Below are positions 12,615-25,970 of a stretch of 64,000 bases of DNA, piece after piece; the stretch's first letter is position 1, and the number at the start of each line of letters is the position of its first letter. A program made the position numbers and the translations under genes. The notes beneath the pieces are model-generated. The model worked only from the letters and a program-made list of their open reading frames with translations. It did no database searches and was not told the DNA's origin. The DNA is taken from positions 20,424-84,423 of the forward strand of contig NIVC01002391.1 in NCBI GenBank assembly GCA_002269645.1. The letters are read 5' to 3'. This DNA comes from Macrostomum lignano. Lineage: Eukaryota.

Positions 12615-15600
12615 TCACACGGCCATGGCCTCGATCTGGCTCACCAACAGGCGGCCGGCCTCAGCAAAGTTCATCTGCTTCACGTCCTGCACAACAACAC
12701 GCAGCCGCATCTCGTCCTGGAAGTTCTCCATCTTGGCCCGCATGGTGAACAGGTGATGCTGGAACAGGGCCTTCTCAAACACGCCTGTCTGGCCCTTGTC
12801 GTCTCCGTCCGAGCGCATCTGGCCGAGCTGCTGAGCGGTCACTCCCAGGAGCTTCTCGGCCGTGTCCTGTTGATGATGAGCAGAGGCAGCGATAAAAAAT
12901 GCTGACTCAGATAAACTACTCAGTGCTCACAGAACTGGCGACAGCAGCTCACCTGGAAGCAGGTCACCCACTGGTTGTCGGTGTGATCAGCCAGATTCGC
13001 CTGCAGCAGGAATCGCCAGGTGAAATTCGGGTAGCTGGACTGGCATTTTTCGCAGCGGTATTCGCCATTGAATTCGATCACCTTCTTGTTGCAGTCGGGC
13101 TTCGGGCAGGCCTGCAAGGCGGCGGTTGCCGGGGGCTCAGCAGGGGGCTGCCAGAGCACCAAGAGGCAATCAATTAGAGCCTATCACTCACCTGGTACAG
13201 GCACGTCTCCCGCTTCATGTGGATGATGCAGGCGAGGCAGCTGAAGTACTCGAACTTGTCCCCGGTGCCGAAGCCGCCGGCCTTGCAGTCCTTCAGGTTG
13301 CGATAGACGGCGCTTCCGCCGCCCGGACCGCCGCCAGCTCCGCCGTCGCCTCTGAACGTGTCGAACTGCATCTGCTGGCCCTCCATGTGGTACCAGTCGC
13401 GAAGCCTGTCTGCCTCGGGCATCGACGGGTTGATCAGGAAGCAGCTGTTGGTGGTGGAGCTCAGCGACCTGCCGCCAAAGTCCGACACCTTGGCGCCCTT
13501 GACGGCCACCACCGGCTTCTTCTCGCCGTTGAACTTCACCGCCTCGTCGCCCCACAGGGTGCAGCGGACGGAGCAGCCGCTGCTGTCCACCAGCGTGAGG
13601 TCCCGCTTCGCGATCTCCCGGTTGCTGGTCTTGCCCACGATGGTCTGCACGTCGTGCGTCTCGTGCACCACGCCGCAGACGTCCACGAACCTGCGGAAGG
13701 GTTGTGCGTGTGTGGGCATCCTCATGGGCTCTGCCTGGTTGCGTCACTGCAGCACTGCAACAGACACTGCAACAGACACGGAGTGCTCCAAATACTGCAA
13801 CAGACACTGAGTGCCCCAAGCACTGCAACAGACACGGAGTGCCCAAACACTGCAACAGACACTGAGTGCCCAAACACTGCAACAGACACTGAGTGCCCAA
13901 ACACTGCAACAGACACGGAGTGCCCAAACACTGCAACAGACACGGAGTGCCCAAACACTGCAACAGACACGGAGTGCCCCCAACACTGCAACAGACACGG
14001 AGTGCCCAAACACTGCAACAGACACGGAGTGCCCCCAACACTGCAACAGACACTGAGTGCTCCAAACACTGCAACAGACACTGAGTGCCCAAACACTGCA
14101 ACAGACACGGAGTGCCACCAAACACTGCAACAGACAAGGAGTGCCCCAAACACTGCAACAGACACGGAGTGCTCCAAATACTGCAACAGACACGGAGTGC
14201 CCAAACACTGCAACAGACAAGGAGTGCCCAAACACTGCAACAGACACGGAGTGCCCCCAACACTGCAACAGACACGGAGTGCCCAAACACTGCAACAGAC
14301 ACGGAGTGCCCCCAACACTGCAACAGACACGGAGTGCCCAAACACTGCAACAGACACGGAGTGCCCCAAAAACTGCAACAAAGGAGTGCCCAAACACTGC
14401 AACAGACACGGAGTGCCCCCAACACTGCAACAGACACGGAGTGCCCAAACACTGCAACAGACACGGAGTGCCCAAACACTGCAACAGACACGGAGTGCCC
14501 CAAACACTGCAACAGACACGGAGTGCCCCAAACACTGCAACAGACACGGAATGCCCAAACACTGCAACAGACACGGAGTGCCACCAAACACTGCAACAGA
14601 CACTGAGTGCCACCAAACACTGCAACATACACGGAGTGCCCCAAAAACTGCAACAAAGGAGTGCCCAAACACTGCAACAGACACGGAGTGCCCCAAAAAC
14701 TGCAACAAAGGAGTGCCCAAACACTGCAACAGACACTGAGTGCCACCAAACACTGCAACAGACACGGAGTGCCTCAAAAACTGCAACAAAGGAGTGTCCA
14801 AACACTGCAACAGACACTGAGTGCCACCAAACACTGCAACAGACACGGAGTGCCCCGAAAACTGCAACAAAGGAGTGCCCAAACACTGCAACAGACACTG
14901 AGTGCCACCAAACACTGCAACAAAGGAGTGCCTAAACACTGCAACAAAGGAGTGCCCAAAAACTGCAACAGACAAGGAGTGCCCAAACACTGCAACAGAC
15001 CCTTCGTTTGGGAGCCCCCCAAACGGAGTCCCACAAGCTCACAGAGCTTATATATGCACGGCAACACCAAGAACTTGCCAAAGACAAAGCGCCACTCAGC
15101 TACCACAACTACCCACTTGTTCGGCTCCACCGTGTCCAGCTGAGCGATCGGCACGAAGTTGAACTTCATCTCGGGCACCGCGGCAGCGTCGGCATCGTCG
15201 CACTGCTGCAGCTGCGACTCGCTGCTCAGCACCATCTCGTATTCGTTCTGCGTGTTGTTGAACTGCTTGTTCGCCGCCTTCAACTGGCCCCTGCTGATGT
15301 ACATGGCGCGGCCCAGCTCCACCAAGTCGAAGTACTTGTCCACCTCGTCTCTGAAGGCAGTCACGCGGATCTCGCTGCTGTCGTCGGTCAGGACGAAGCT
15401 GAACAGCTTGCCCTCGCCTCGGCTGTTTGACCAGGTGCGAACCTGCGGATATTTCAGATGGGCTTGTGACTGGCTACTGATTTAAGTAGGCTGATATGCT
15501 GCAATGTCAATGACACTACTGATGTAAGTAGGCTGATTTGCTGCAATGTCAATGACACTACTGATGTAAGTAGGCTGATATGCTGCAATGTCAATGACAC

Positions 15601-18450
15601 TACTGATGTAAGTAGGCTGATATGCTGCTATGTCAATGACACTACTGATGAAAGTAGGCTGATATGCTGCTATGTCAATGACACTACTGATGTAAGTAGG
15701 CTGATATGCTGCAATGTCAATGACACTACTGATGAAAGTAGGCTGATATGCTGCTATGTCAATGACACTACTGATGTAAGTAGGCTGATATGCTGCAATG
15801 TCAATGACACTACTGATGTAAGTAGGCTGATATGCTGCAATGTCAATGACACTACTGATGTAAGTAGGCTGATATGCTGCAATGTCAATGACACTACTGA
15901 TGAAAGTAGGCTGATATGCTGCTATGTCAATGACACTACTGATGTAAGTAGGCTGATATGCTGCTATGTCAATGACACTACTGATGAAAGTAGGCTGATA
16001 TGCTGCTATGTCAATGACACTACTGATGTAAGTAGGCTGATATGCTGCAATGTCAATGACACTACTGATGTAAGTAGGCTGATATGCTGCAATGTCAATG
16101 ACACTACTGATGAAAGTAGGCTGATATGCTGCTATGTCAATGACACTACTGATGTAAGTAGGCTGATATGCTGCAATGTCAATGACACTACTGATGTAAG
16201 TAGGCTGATATGCTGCAATGTCAATGACACTACTGATGTAAGTAGGCTGATATGCTGCAATGTCAATGACACTACTGATGTAAGCAGCACTATCAGATAG
16301 GAACTGAATGACACTACTGATGTAAGCAGCACTATCAGATAGGAACTGAATGAAACTACTGATGTAAGTAGCACTATCAGTTAGGAACTGAATGACACTA
16401 CTGATGTAAGTAGCACTATCAGATAGGAACTGAATGACACTACTGATGTAAGCAGCACTATCAGATAGGAACTGAATGACACTACTGATGTAAGCAGCAC
16501 TATCAGATAGGAACTGAATGACACTACTGATGTAAGTAGCACTATCAGTTAGGAACTGAATGACACTACTGATGTAAGTAGCACTATCAGATAGGAACTG
16601 AATGACACTACTAATGTAAGCAGCACTATCAGATAGGAACTGAATGACACTACTGATGTAAGCAGCACTATCAGTTAGGAACTGAATGACACTACTGATG
16701 TAAGTAGCACTATCAGATAGGAACTGAATGACACTACTGATGTAAGCAGCACTATCAGTTAGGAACTGAATGACACTACTGATGTAAGTAGCACTATCAG
16801 ATAGGAACTGAATGACACTACTGATGTAAGCAGCACTATCAGTTAGGAACTGAATGACACTACTGATGTAAGCAGCACTATCAGTTAGGAACTGAATGAC
16901 ACTACTGATGTAAGCAGCACTATCAGATAGGAACTGAATGACACTACTGATGTAAGCAGCACTATCAGATAGGAACTGAATGACACTACTGATGTAAGTA
17001 GCACTATCAGTTAGGAACTGAATGACACTGTTGTTGTTAAACGGGGGTGGGAGGAGAAGCGCTGCCCGCGGATCAGCCCTAAGGGGGCTCTGCCGCATGG
17101 ATCTTGCTGTGGGCCATACTACCAGGGGCTTTAAGCCCGAGAGGCCACTATTGGAACCAGAGCTCAGGACTCTGGGGAGAGCATGGAGCATTGGAGCTAC
17201 TAACCCAAGCCTATGGACTAGACACCGGCAACCCAAAAGTGGAATCAGGGACGGTGCTAGGACCGAGTCCACCCAGGCCACCACCCAGCAGACAAGTCCC
17301 GGGAGTGCGCGAAAAAAGAATTGGAATGAAAAAATGTTTGGGTTACTACTGAAAGCGGTCCTAGAGCAGGGAATATCCTGAAGTCTACGGAAATGGCTTG
17401 ATAATTGGAGTGAGTCTAGAAGGCTTGTTTCCGAGGGCTGAATGACACTACTGATGTAAGCAGCAGTATCAGTTAGGAACTGAATAACACTACTGATGTA
17501 AGCAGCAGTATCAGTTAGGAACTGAATAACACTACTGATGTAAGCAGCAGTATCAGTTAGGAACTGAATGACACTACTGATGTAAGCAGCAGTATCAGTT
17601 AGGAACTGAATAACACTACTGATGTAAGCAGCACTATCAGTTAGGAACTGAATAACACTACTGATGTAAGTAGCACTATCAGTTAGGAACTGAATAACAC
17701 TACTGATGTAAGCAGCACTATCAGTTAGGAACTGAATAACACTACTGATGTAAGTAGCACTATCAGTTAGGAACTGAATGGTGCTGATTGATCAGACGGA
17801 TCCAATGAACCATGCAATCAGCCTACCTGACTCTTCTGGGTCACCCGGCCGCAGACGGTCCACTTGTTCTGATACGGGTTCAGCGAGGAGATCGGACGAA
17901 CCCGACTGGTGTCAATGCCGCTGCCAGCCGACTGGTCGCTGCTGCCTCCACCGAAGGACCTTCCAGAGTGCGGCGGCGTCTGCGATATGAAGTTAGCGCC
18001 ACTGCTGAAGCCACTGTGTGTCGGGCGCGGCGGAGTCTCCTGGAGGGTGGTGAACCCGGGCGGTCGGTTGCTGTCGGCGAGAGGCTTCTGCGTTGAGGCC
18101 TCTGGCTCTATCAGAGACTGGTTAGGCTCGGACCCCATGCCCAGGATTTCAAGCGATATGCCAATCAGGATCTGCTTGTCCGCCTTGGTCTTATTAATAA
18201 CGTACTTAGTCAGCCTCAGAACTGTGCCAGGCAATAACTCGCCATTTTCAATCAGGTAGTTGAGCTGGGTGCCCAGCAACATGTAAGAGTGCTGCTCAAC
18301 TCCGTCAGTTACAAACAGACGGTAGCGGTCCTGTCCGCCGCCAGGAACCTTGCGGTGGCCGAGCACCTTCAGCACTGGGTTCTGGTAGTCCTCGCCATTA
18401 CTGAGAGCCCGCACGGAGCCGCGGCTGAGCATGCTGTCTAGGTCAGACAT
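12615..18450 (-). CDS. RPA1: Replication protein A 70 kDa subunit, paralog b (5 exons, ~619 aa)
   Basis: Minus-strand exons 18450-17827, 15442-15117, 13690-13192, 13111-12953, 12866-12615 have GT-AG junctions and splice in frame (1860 nt). Intron positions match paralog a. Confidence 0.97.
13750..15000. repeat. Minisatellite in RPA1b intron 2 (same family as 6256-7590, inverted)
   Basis: Repeated aacactgcaacagacacggagtgccc units. Confidence 0.97.
15482..17778. repeat. Compound 42-bp minisatellite in RPA1b intron 1 (two related unit types)
   Basis: 15482-~16280 has unit aagtaggctgatatgctgcaatgtcaatgacactactgatgt; ~16280-17778 has unit aagcagcactatcagataggaactgaatgacactactgatgt. Both share aatgacactactgatgtaag. 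The array is interrupted at 17030-17437. Confidence 0.96.
17030..17437 (-). mobile_element. Short retroposed insertion (5'-truncated LINE or SINE) in the intronic array
   Basis: Flanked by the 12-bp direct repeat ctgaatgacact (17018-17029 and 17438-17449). The minus strand ends in a tttaacaacaac tail. There is weak similarity to ~19470-19540. Confidence 0.75.
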
Positions 18451-21039
18451 CAGTGCTTTGTTGACAGTAAGTGTTGGGTCAGCTTTAGCTGGTTATATCA
18501 CTTATTGTTCCGCCATAGCCTAAGATATGGCTATAAGAAGTTACAGATATGGAGACTTTAGGCAAAACATATGGATATGGTTAGGCCTATGCTATGGGAA
18601 TACATTTTCTATACCTAGTTCTTGTATTGAGCGATTATTAGTCCCTAAATAACTGAGACTTAAATTAAGACTTAAAAGACAATTGGCACCCTTGATTGCA
18701 TGGGTGGGCGTACAGCAGTAGGCCTAGTTTAAATGAATGAATATTGAAAATTTCAAAGCTTTTGTGAGGGGGAGCTTTTAAGTCCCTTGGGTTAGAGACT
18801 TAAACGATAGGGATTTTTTGCTATCATATACACATTGTGTGATTGGAATGGTAGGGGACTAAAGTTAAGATAAATCTTTAGGGCGAGTCTCCTATCAAGA
18901 GGTAAACTGAAAAACCCTCCTATAGGGCAGCAAGCCACAAGGGTATCACCTATCCAGTTTTAGATTGGAGGCTGGGCCAAGGGGTCGGGAAAGGGGCACA
19001 AGGCGCAAGAGGACCCGGACTCAGCCAGTATCCCCGATTTGGGACGAACTCATTCCCCGGGACGCCAATCCACTGTCAGGATGAGAGCCGAGACACAGAG
19101 GCAGGGAGCTTCCAGATGAGCCTAGCAGATGGAACCGAGGACAAAGCAAGATGGACCGGGCAGGGCAGAGCTCAAAATTCCAGGCTGGTTAGAGGTGGCT
19201 TTTAGCCAGTTGGAGTGGCAGGTGCTGCCAATGCGTACATTAATGGGAAAAAAAACAATAAAAACAATGGGAGGAGCACCTGAACCCTAAAAACCCGGGG
19301 CTCAGCCTCAGGGCTGGCATGCTACTGGGCTCTAACCATACACCTTTGTGAATGGTAATTCTTTCCTGCAGGGTGGGTACGACTGGGGGGCTCAAGTCCT
19401 ATTCTAGCCACACTGCAGTCCAGAGTACACACTCACAGCAGGTACACCCCCTAAACCAAGGCCAAGGGCCAAAAAGCTAATTAGAATGAAAAAGGGTTAT
19501 TTTTAGAATGGGCACAGCCCCTCCAGAGCAGACCCTTAGAAAATTGGGCTAGCCAGAGCTAGGTCAATCAGATTGCGCACAACCCTTAGACAAGCTACCA
19601 GAGAGGCAGCCAGGGTAAAAACAGTCAGAGACTGTCTTTACCGGCGAGAGGCATTACTGCCCATTCCACTGACTCCCCTGAGCAGGCATATAAGTACGCG
19701 GATATGTATGCAGGCACACACTCACACAGGAGAGTATAGCCGCCCTAACTTTATTTTATTGTTAGGCATGTACACTTCACTATGCCTTGGGGGGGGGTTG
19801 GCTCTCAAGGCCACTAATTGCACAAGTAGAGCCAAGCCGAGATTCCAATTCAGCCCCAAATTAATGTGACTGCACTTGAAATCAAGCTTGGGTTGCTAGC
19901 ACACCAGAGCCTGCACTAGACTGCTAGGCTATGGCCCCCCTTCATCATTCTATACTTTACTATGGCAGATTTAAGGGGGAGGCACATAGAATGCATGAGT
20001 TTGAATTTTTTATATGGAAAATATACATTATTGTATATTTATATATATGATATTATATATACATGTACCTTAGTAATCTGCACCCCTCTATATTGCATTG
20101 AATAATGGAAAAATTTCATATATGAAATTATTGCATTTTAAAAAAATATATTTTGAACTTTTTGAAATTCTATATAGGCCTATACTCATATCTTTAGAAT
20201 AGGTGGCAATGCCTCCTTGCTAGGGCTTATATCTAAATAGGCTTACTTGGAACCACTTATTAGGCCCTATATTATTAATTAGGAAGATAGAATTTAATAT
20301 TCTTAGCCAAATAGCTTTTTATCAATTTATCAATAGACTTTTATCTATTATTTTCATCTCATGCAATAAATATTTAGTTAGCTATCAAAATTTATCATTA
20401 CTTACAAATATAAATGCACTATAATTATTGCTTAATGCTTACAATAAAATTTGTTCAATTATATCAATGATTTCTAAAAATCATAAATGTGCAACTGCTG
20501 CAGCACTGGCAAACTTGGCCAATCTAGCCAACATAAATTGTAGTAGACCAGAGATAAGTCACAAACAAAAATGCCCATCTAAAAAGAATATAGAAGTATG
20601 CGTAGTACAAATTAGATGATGAGGCATTTAGCCTTAATAAAACAGTTGTAATTAGGCCTATTCCCACCATTTACCTAGTTACATATACACACAAGTAACT
20701 TAACTCTTTAGTCTTACATATGAGTATCCAAGCCACTTATTCAAATAGGGCTATACAGGCATGGCCCTTTGAAGTATCCCTGTATAGCATATGCAGGTTT
20801 TAGTAATTCTATTCCAATAGGACTACAGAATGCAAATCTTGTTGCAAAGGCTTTGCCTATGCTTTGGCTATGCCATTATTCTAGTTATATTAAATTCAAT
20901 CTTCTAAAGTGAATTTCAAAGAGTAGACCCTATTATTGAAATAGGATTGCCCTAGAGAACTCCTTTAGTTATTGCTAGATTTAGGCATATGTGCTAGTTT
21001 CATCAATTTTTAAGAGAAAGCAGCTATTTTGCTCTTATA

Positions 21040-22172
21040 GAATTGTTCATTAAATTCATTGTATGCAAATTTTTTAGCTAGGTCTATTGATATAAAACTT
21101 TCCAAAAATGAATATTTTCATTATGCCAGCATTTAAGAAGTTTAAAATTAGAATTAACTGTAAGATATGTGAATAACTTATGCCGCATATTATTCCATAC
21201 GTTATTCCGTACATTATTCCACATGTTATTCCACATGTTACTAGGCATTTTCCACAATGTTCTGTATAAAATTTAAAAGTAATTTCTCAATATTTGATAC
21301 ATTTTAAATGTAAAGCAAAAGTCTATATGTATATGAGCTTGTTATACTTGCATATTTTCCTGGATTGCAACTACTACATGCCATTTGTAAAATTATAATT
21401 GACTGCAACAGCGTACTGTAGTTGCAGAGTTGTAAGTTGGGTTACAGAGTTGCATGCATAGAGGTGGGGTTATGGAAAGGTTAGAGAAAAAGAAGAGAAG
21501 AGTACTTATTAACATGGATGTATTAATGAAAGAAACACATCATACATGTACAAGGTCACTAGTAGTATTAACGTACAAAATTGTACTATACAATACAATA
21601 TTATTAAGTCCTAACACCAAATAAAAAACTAATGTATCATGTATGGTTAAAATTTTGAACAAAACATACTATAATTTTTGAAAAACCCACTTTGGTTAAA
21701 TTTACTGGCAAAAAATGAAAACCAAAACATTACTATGTATAATCCGTAGGAAGTAGTGTGATGCAGTTAGAATATTGGAAATAAATGGTTAAAGCCCAAT
21801 TTCTTGACTTACTTAGGGGCCTAGTATTTCAGTACTTTATTTCTTACGAATCTGTTGTGCTTTTTTATTTCGCGGCATTTTTGGCCACCTGGTCTTTGCC
21901 ACAATGCCAACATAGTTTGGCTGAATTTTGTGCAAAATTTAGTAGATTACACCAGATGACAAGGCAGTACTGCAAAACAGCTTGTGCAGAATAACATGCG
22001 GAATAATGTGCGGAATAACGTGTGGAATAACTTGCAGAAAATTGTGCAGAATAACGTGCGGAATACTGTGCGGAACAACATGCGGAACATGCAGAATAAC
22101 GTGCAGAATAACATGCCAAATAACATGCGTAATAACATGCGGTGTATGTTACACTCATCTGCAGGATAGCCA
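21040..22172. repeat. Degenerate foldback / Harbinger-like MITE with internal ~12-bp repeats in opposite orientations
   Basis: 21040-21120 resembles the left end of the 52411 element, and ctgcaggatagcc at ~22160 resembles its right end. ttattcc(a/g)ca repeats at 21180-21240 are mirrored by gcggaataa repeats at 21985-22140. Confidence 0.5.
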
Positions 22173-23264
22173 AGAAAGCATACATGCATGTAATACGTTT
22201 TCTATTAATTTCACTGTCTTTCCATTGACTTTTTGGATAGCCATCATATTATGCCACATTGTTTGTTCCCAACTGAAATTCAAAAGCCTTTTTAATAGTC
22301 AACAAATCCTATGTGTATAGGTTCTTTGTTACTAGAAGGAAGGAAGGCCATTATTTATATAATGTATAAGTTGTATAAGTTAAAACATTGATCTATAGTG
22401 CTATAATTAGGTTAGACTCTTAGAGCCATACTGGTATTTTGAGATAAGGTTGTTTGCATATGCGAACTCAACTTTTCGATTAAGAATCGACATTGCCTAT
22501 TAGAATTTGCATAAGATCGATAAAATAATTATAAATAATTATATAAAATTTTACTATAAATTAAATTTTCGCCAGAGAGGCACTACTATAAACAACTTTT
22601 AAGTGCAATAAAATACCTTTGTCTAAACAATGTCAAAAAAAAATAATTTGCGTTTCAACTCTGCATTTTCATGGTGTTTGTTTTGTTAAGACGGTATTAC
22701 TGGGTGTTGGACATTTCTTCTGAACATTTACATTTCGTCCGGGTGTGAAGTAAAAGTGAAAACCAAGACTTAATTTGTCCGGTGCTTTTTCTGCTTTCTA
22801 ATTAAAGTAGCGTTACGACAATCTACCGAAGTTAAAGTTCAGCTATTAGCGTGCAAAATGAGCACATGATGATGTACATTTGGGGCCTATAATTTTGTTG
22901 TGATTTTAAAGCGAGAAGATTGCGACGCTAATCGAAACGACTTTACGAATATGTATAATAATTGTATGAATATTCGTATGTCGGATTTCGTTTACCTCCG
23001 GGAGGTGATAGTACATTACGCCGGCAAACACTTTCACATGACATACTGTATAACCAAGGACTACTGGACTAGAAGGACGCAATAACACTTGCAAATGGTG
23101 CAAAATAGTTGAAGGCCAATTATTCTAGCTGTATCTCCGAATCGATTTGCATGTAGAAGGTTACTTTTTTCATTAGATTGTTAAGAAATTTGTCCCCTAT
23201 CGAGTAAGTCATTTAGTTCAGCTCCCACTAGATTTAGATGCAAGAAAATGATCCTATACAATGT

Positions 23265-25480
23265 CCCAGTGAAAAAAATGATATGGATTCCATGTAGATT
23301 TTTCATATGAAATCCATATGTGCATTTGTCTCCGTCCATCCATGTGGAATCAAGATATGGATTCCACATCGAAGATCCACATGGAAGTAATTATGTATTT
23401 CACATAGAATCCACATTGTCATTGATTAGCAGCCATTATACTGGTTGCCATAATAAATTGTTGCATCTTAAATCTCAAAATATTACCAGATCTTAAAATT
23501 TCATACGAACCCCAGATCTCAATACCATATAAAAAAACTGAAACACAGAAAAACACTAAAGCCAAAAAGTATTTCTGCACAAAAATATATTCAAAAAGGA
23601 TGCCTCAATAAGTAAGGTGTATTTATGTACAGTAGTAAGTCACTGGCACACAAAGAATAAACACACTGATGTAGATATTGATACCTTTAGAGTTGCGCAT
23701 ATGATATAATATATAATTTGAAACTGACATTGTCATTTGTCAATAGCATTAATTAACAATATTATTTTATAATGCACCAGAATTAGAACACTCAGAAACA
23801 AGCTGCTGCTAATTGCCAGAATGCTGCTTCTTCAGGTCAGGTGAGAAACCTTAGAAAAGAAATGAGTTAAATTACAGAATTTTATTAAGTATCTGTGGAT
23901 AACAGATAAATGTACATTTTGATGACAGAAAAAAATCAGTTTGTAACTAAAACTTACCACTGCTTCACAAAAGGTAGCATTCTGGATATTAAATTCAAAT
24001 TCCAAGTAGCTTTGCTTGCCTCTTGAAAGGCAAGACTAAGGTGATACTCAAGTTTCAGGATAAGCCACGTGATGTTAGGCATAAATAAAACAAAAAAATA
24101 GTTCTTGCCAATTGATAAATTCTTAAAGATTGATAAATTATATTAGTATACTTTTAAGGATGAATACTTAATAAAGACTATTTCAAAAGTAACAAGGCCT
24201 AAGTCAATAAATAGAAATACCAATAAAATAATGAGTACAGACATTATTATTATATATGTTTATAGATTTAATTTTTTTATTTTAAAATTGGTTCTAGACC
24301 ATATAGTTTTTAGGCAAAACAATGCAAGTTCCATTTATTTGCTAGTATGATAAAACATTAGGCCTAAGTCTAAATAGGCATTATGCCCCATGGCTATTAA
24401 ATTCTAGACTTGGCCTAGCCCTACATCTGATCAAATTTACAATAATCATTATTTATTCATAATAACAACCTTAGCTGCTAGGCTAGTTATGCCAAAAGCA
24501 AGTTGCAAGTATAATATAATTGCAAAGAATTTATTTATTAGATCTAAAAACATTGTTTTTAAAAATGCAACAAGTCCAAAAGATGCTAACAGGCTTTCTT
24601 GCAGAAAATCATAATTTAATAGATTTAACTGAATAGCTAGATTAACTACTCAATTCACAAAGTCAAGCTACCTAACCTTAATTAAAATAGAAAGACATAA
24701 CTTGATAGATATGGCTTAAAATAGGCCTAATAACCATACATATAAACAGATAGGTAGGACTAAGAGGAAATTATGAGCTTCTGTAGGCCTATTGAAGTTA
24801 AAAATGAGTATCTAAACTATGGGCATGGCCATGGGATTCCTAGAAATTGGATAAATAATTTTATCATGAATTTTACTAAAAGTAGCCTATCTATGAAAAA
24901 ATACCGATTTATCTAATTTTGAATCCCATGGAGGCCATGGCCTTATAAGTGTTGCCTATAGGTTAGGCCTACTAAAATTTATAAGGTGCTTAAATAGCCA
25001 TAAACAAGGCAATTTATCTTTCAAGGCCTTGAACCAAGACATTGACGAATAAAAATGAAATAAATTTAATTTTAAAAAGCACGAAACATTTTTTACTGTC
25101 CACTTCTATTTTGTCTATTTTAACAAACAGCGTCTAATTTTTCGAATATAATTCAGCTTAAAGTTATTAAGTTTTACTTAAAAGCACATAAATATAATAA
25201 TTAATTAAATTAATTTTATAAAAACATCTGAATGTAGTATATCTCAGTTTTTTATCGAAGTGGATTCCATGTTGAATCAATATACGCGTATTTCTGATGA
25301 ATTCCTTGTAAAATCCACATCTACATTAGGATAGTAAAAATAGAAAATTAATGCATAAAAAATACTTTGCATACCATTATGTAATCTTTAATTCATTAAT
25401 TTGCAAAAATAAAAGAAACGTTTAAATTCCACATGGCCACGTGGAACCCACGTGGAATCCATGAATCATTTTTCACTGGG
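23265..25480. mobile_element. Non-autonomous DNA transposon, CMC/EnSpm-like (~2.2 kb)
   Basis: TIRs cccagtgaaaaaaatga-tatggattcc and ggaatccatgaatcatttttcactggg, with subterminal tggattcca/tggaatcca repeats. Both flanks give GT (2-bp TSD). The superfamily call rests on the CCCAG ends plus the 2-bp TSD. Confidence 0.7.
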
Positions 25481-25970
25481 GTAGAACACCCGGCCTATAT
25501 TTTGGGGCGTTTGAATCTTCAAGCAACAATTAATTAGTAGCTATAACCAATAGTCTGGTGCAATTTTTTGTGAATTTACGCTCGTTGTAAAAGCTAATAA
25601 CTGTAATAACCTAATAATACGACTAAACCACAACATTAGCTAAGTGTTTATGGTTACATACCGCAATTTTTTGGAAGAAATAAGAAACAAATGACTGCAA
25701 ATATCAAACATCATGTTAAAAATCATCGAATAATTTTTCTTGGTAGCTATAAAATTTATACGACAACAAAAATCGGCCTTCAACTTTTTTTACACAAATC
25801 GAGAGTGTAACGTCCTATAACGAAGTGTTCATATACATGTAGTGGTCCTTGCACATAACCTGTAGGATGTAAACAGCTAACGGCCCTGAATTTAACATGA
25901 GGCCCTGAGGCAAACATGTACACACCTCAACTGAGAAGTGAATAGACTTCAGGTATCCATATGCTTAAGT

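Noticed and set aside
13126-15143. Long ORFs over RPA1b intron 2
   Set aside because: Same minisatellite artefact.
15640-16130. Hammerhead core-like CTGATGA motifs
   Set aside because: They are part of the 42-bp repeat, with no stem II or properly placed GAAA and cleavage triplet.
15482-17284. 600-aa ORF of 14-aa repeats ([14 protein letters not shown] / [14 protein letters not shown])
   Set aside because: 42-bp units keep the frame open by chance. It lies in an intron, starts within a retroposed insert, and has no credible start or splice context.
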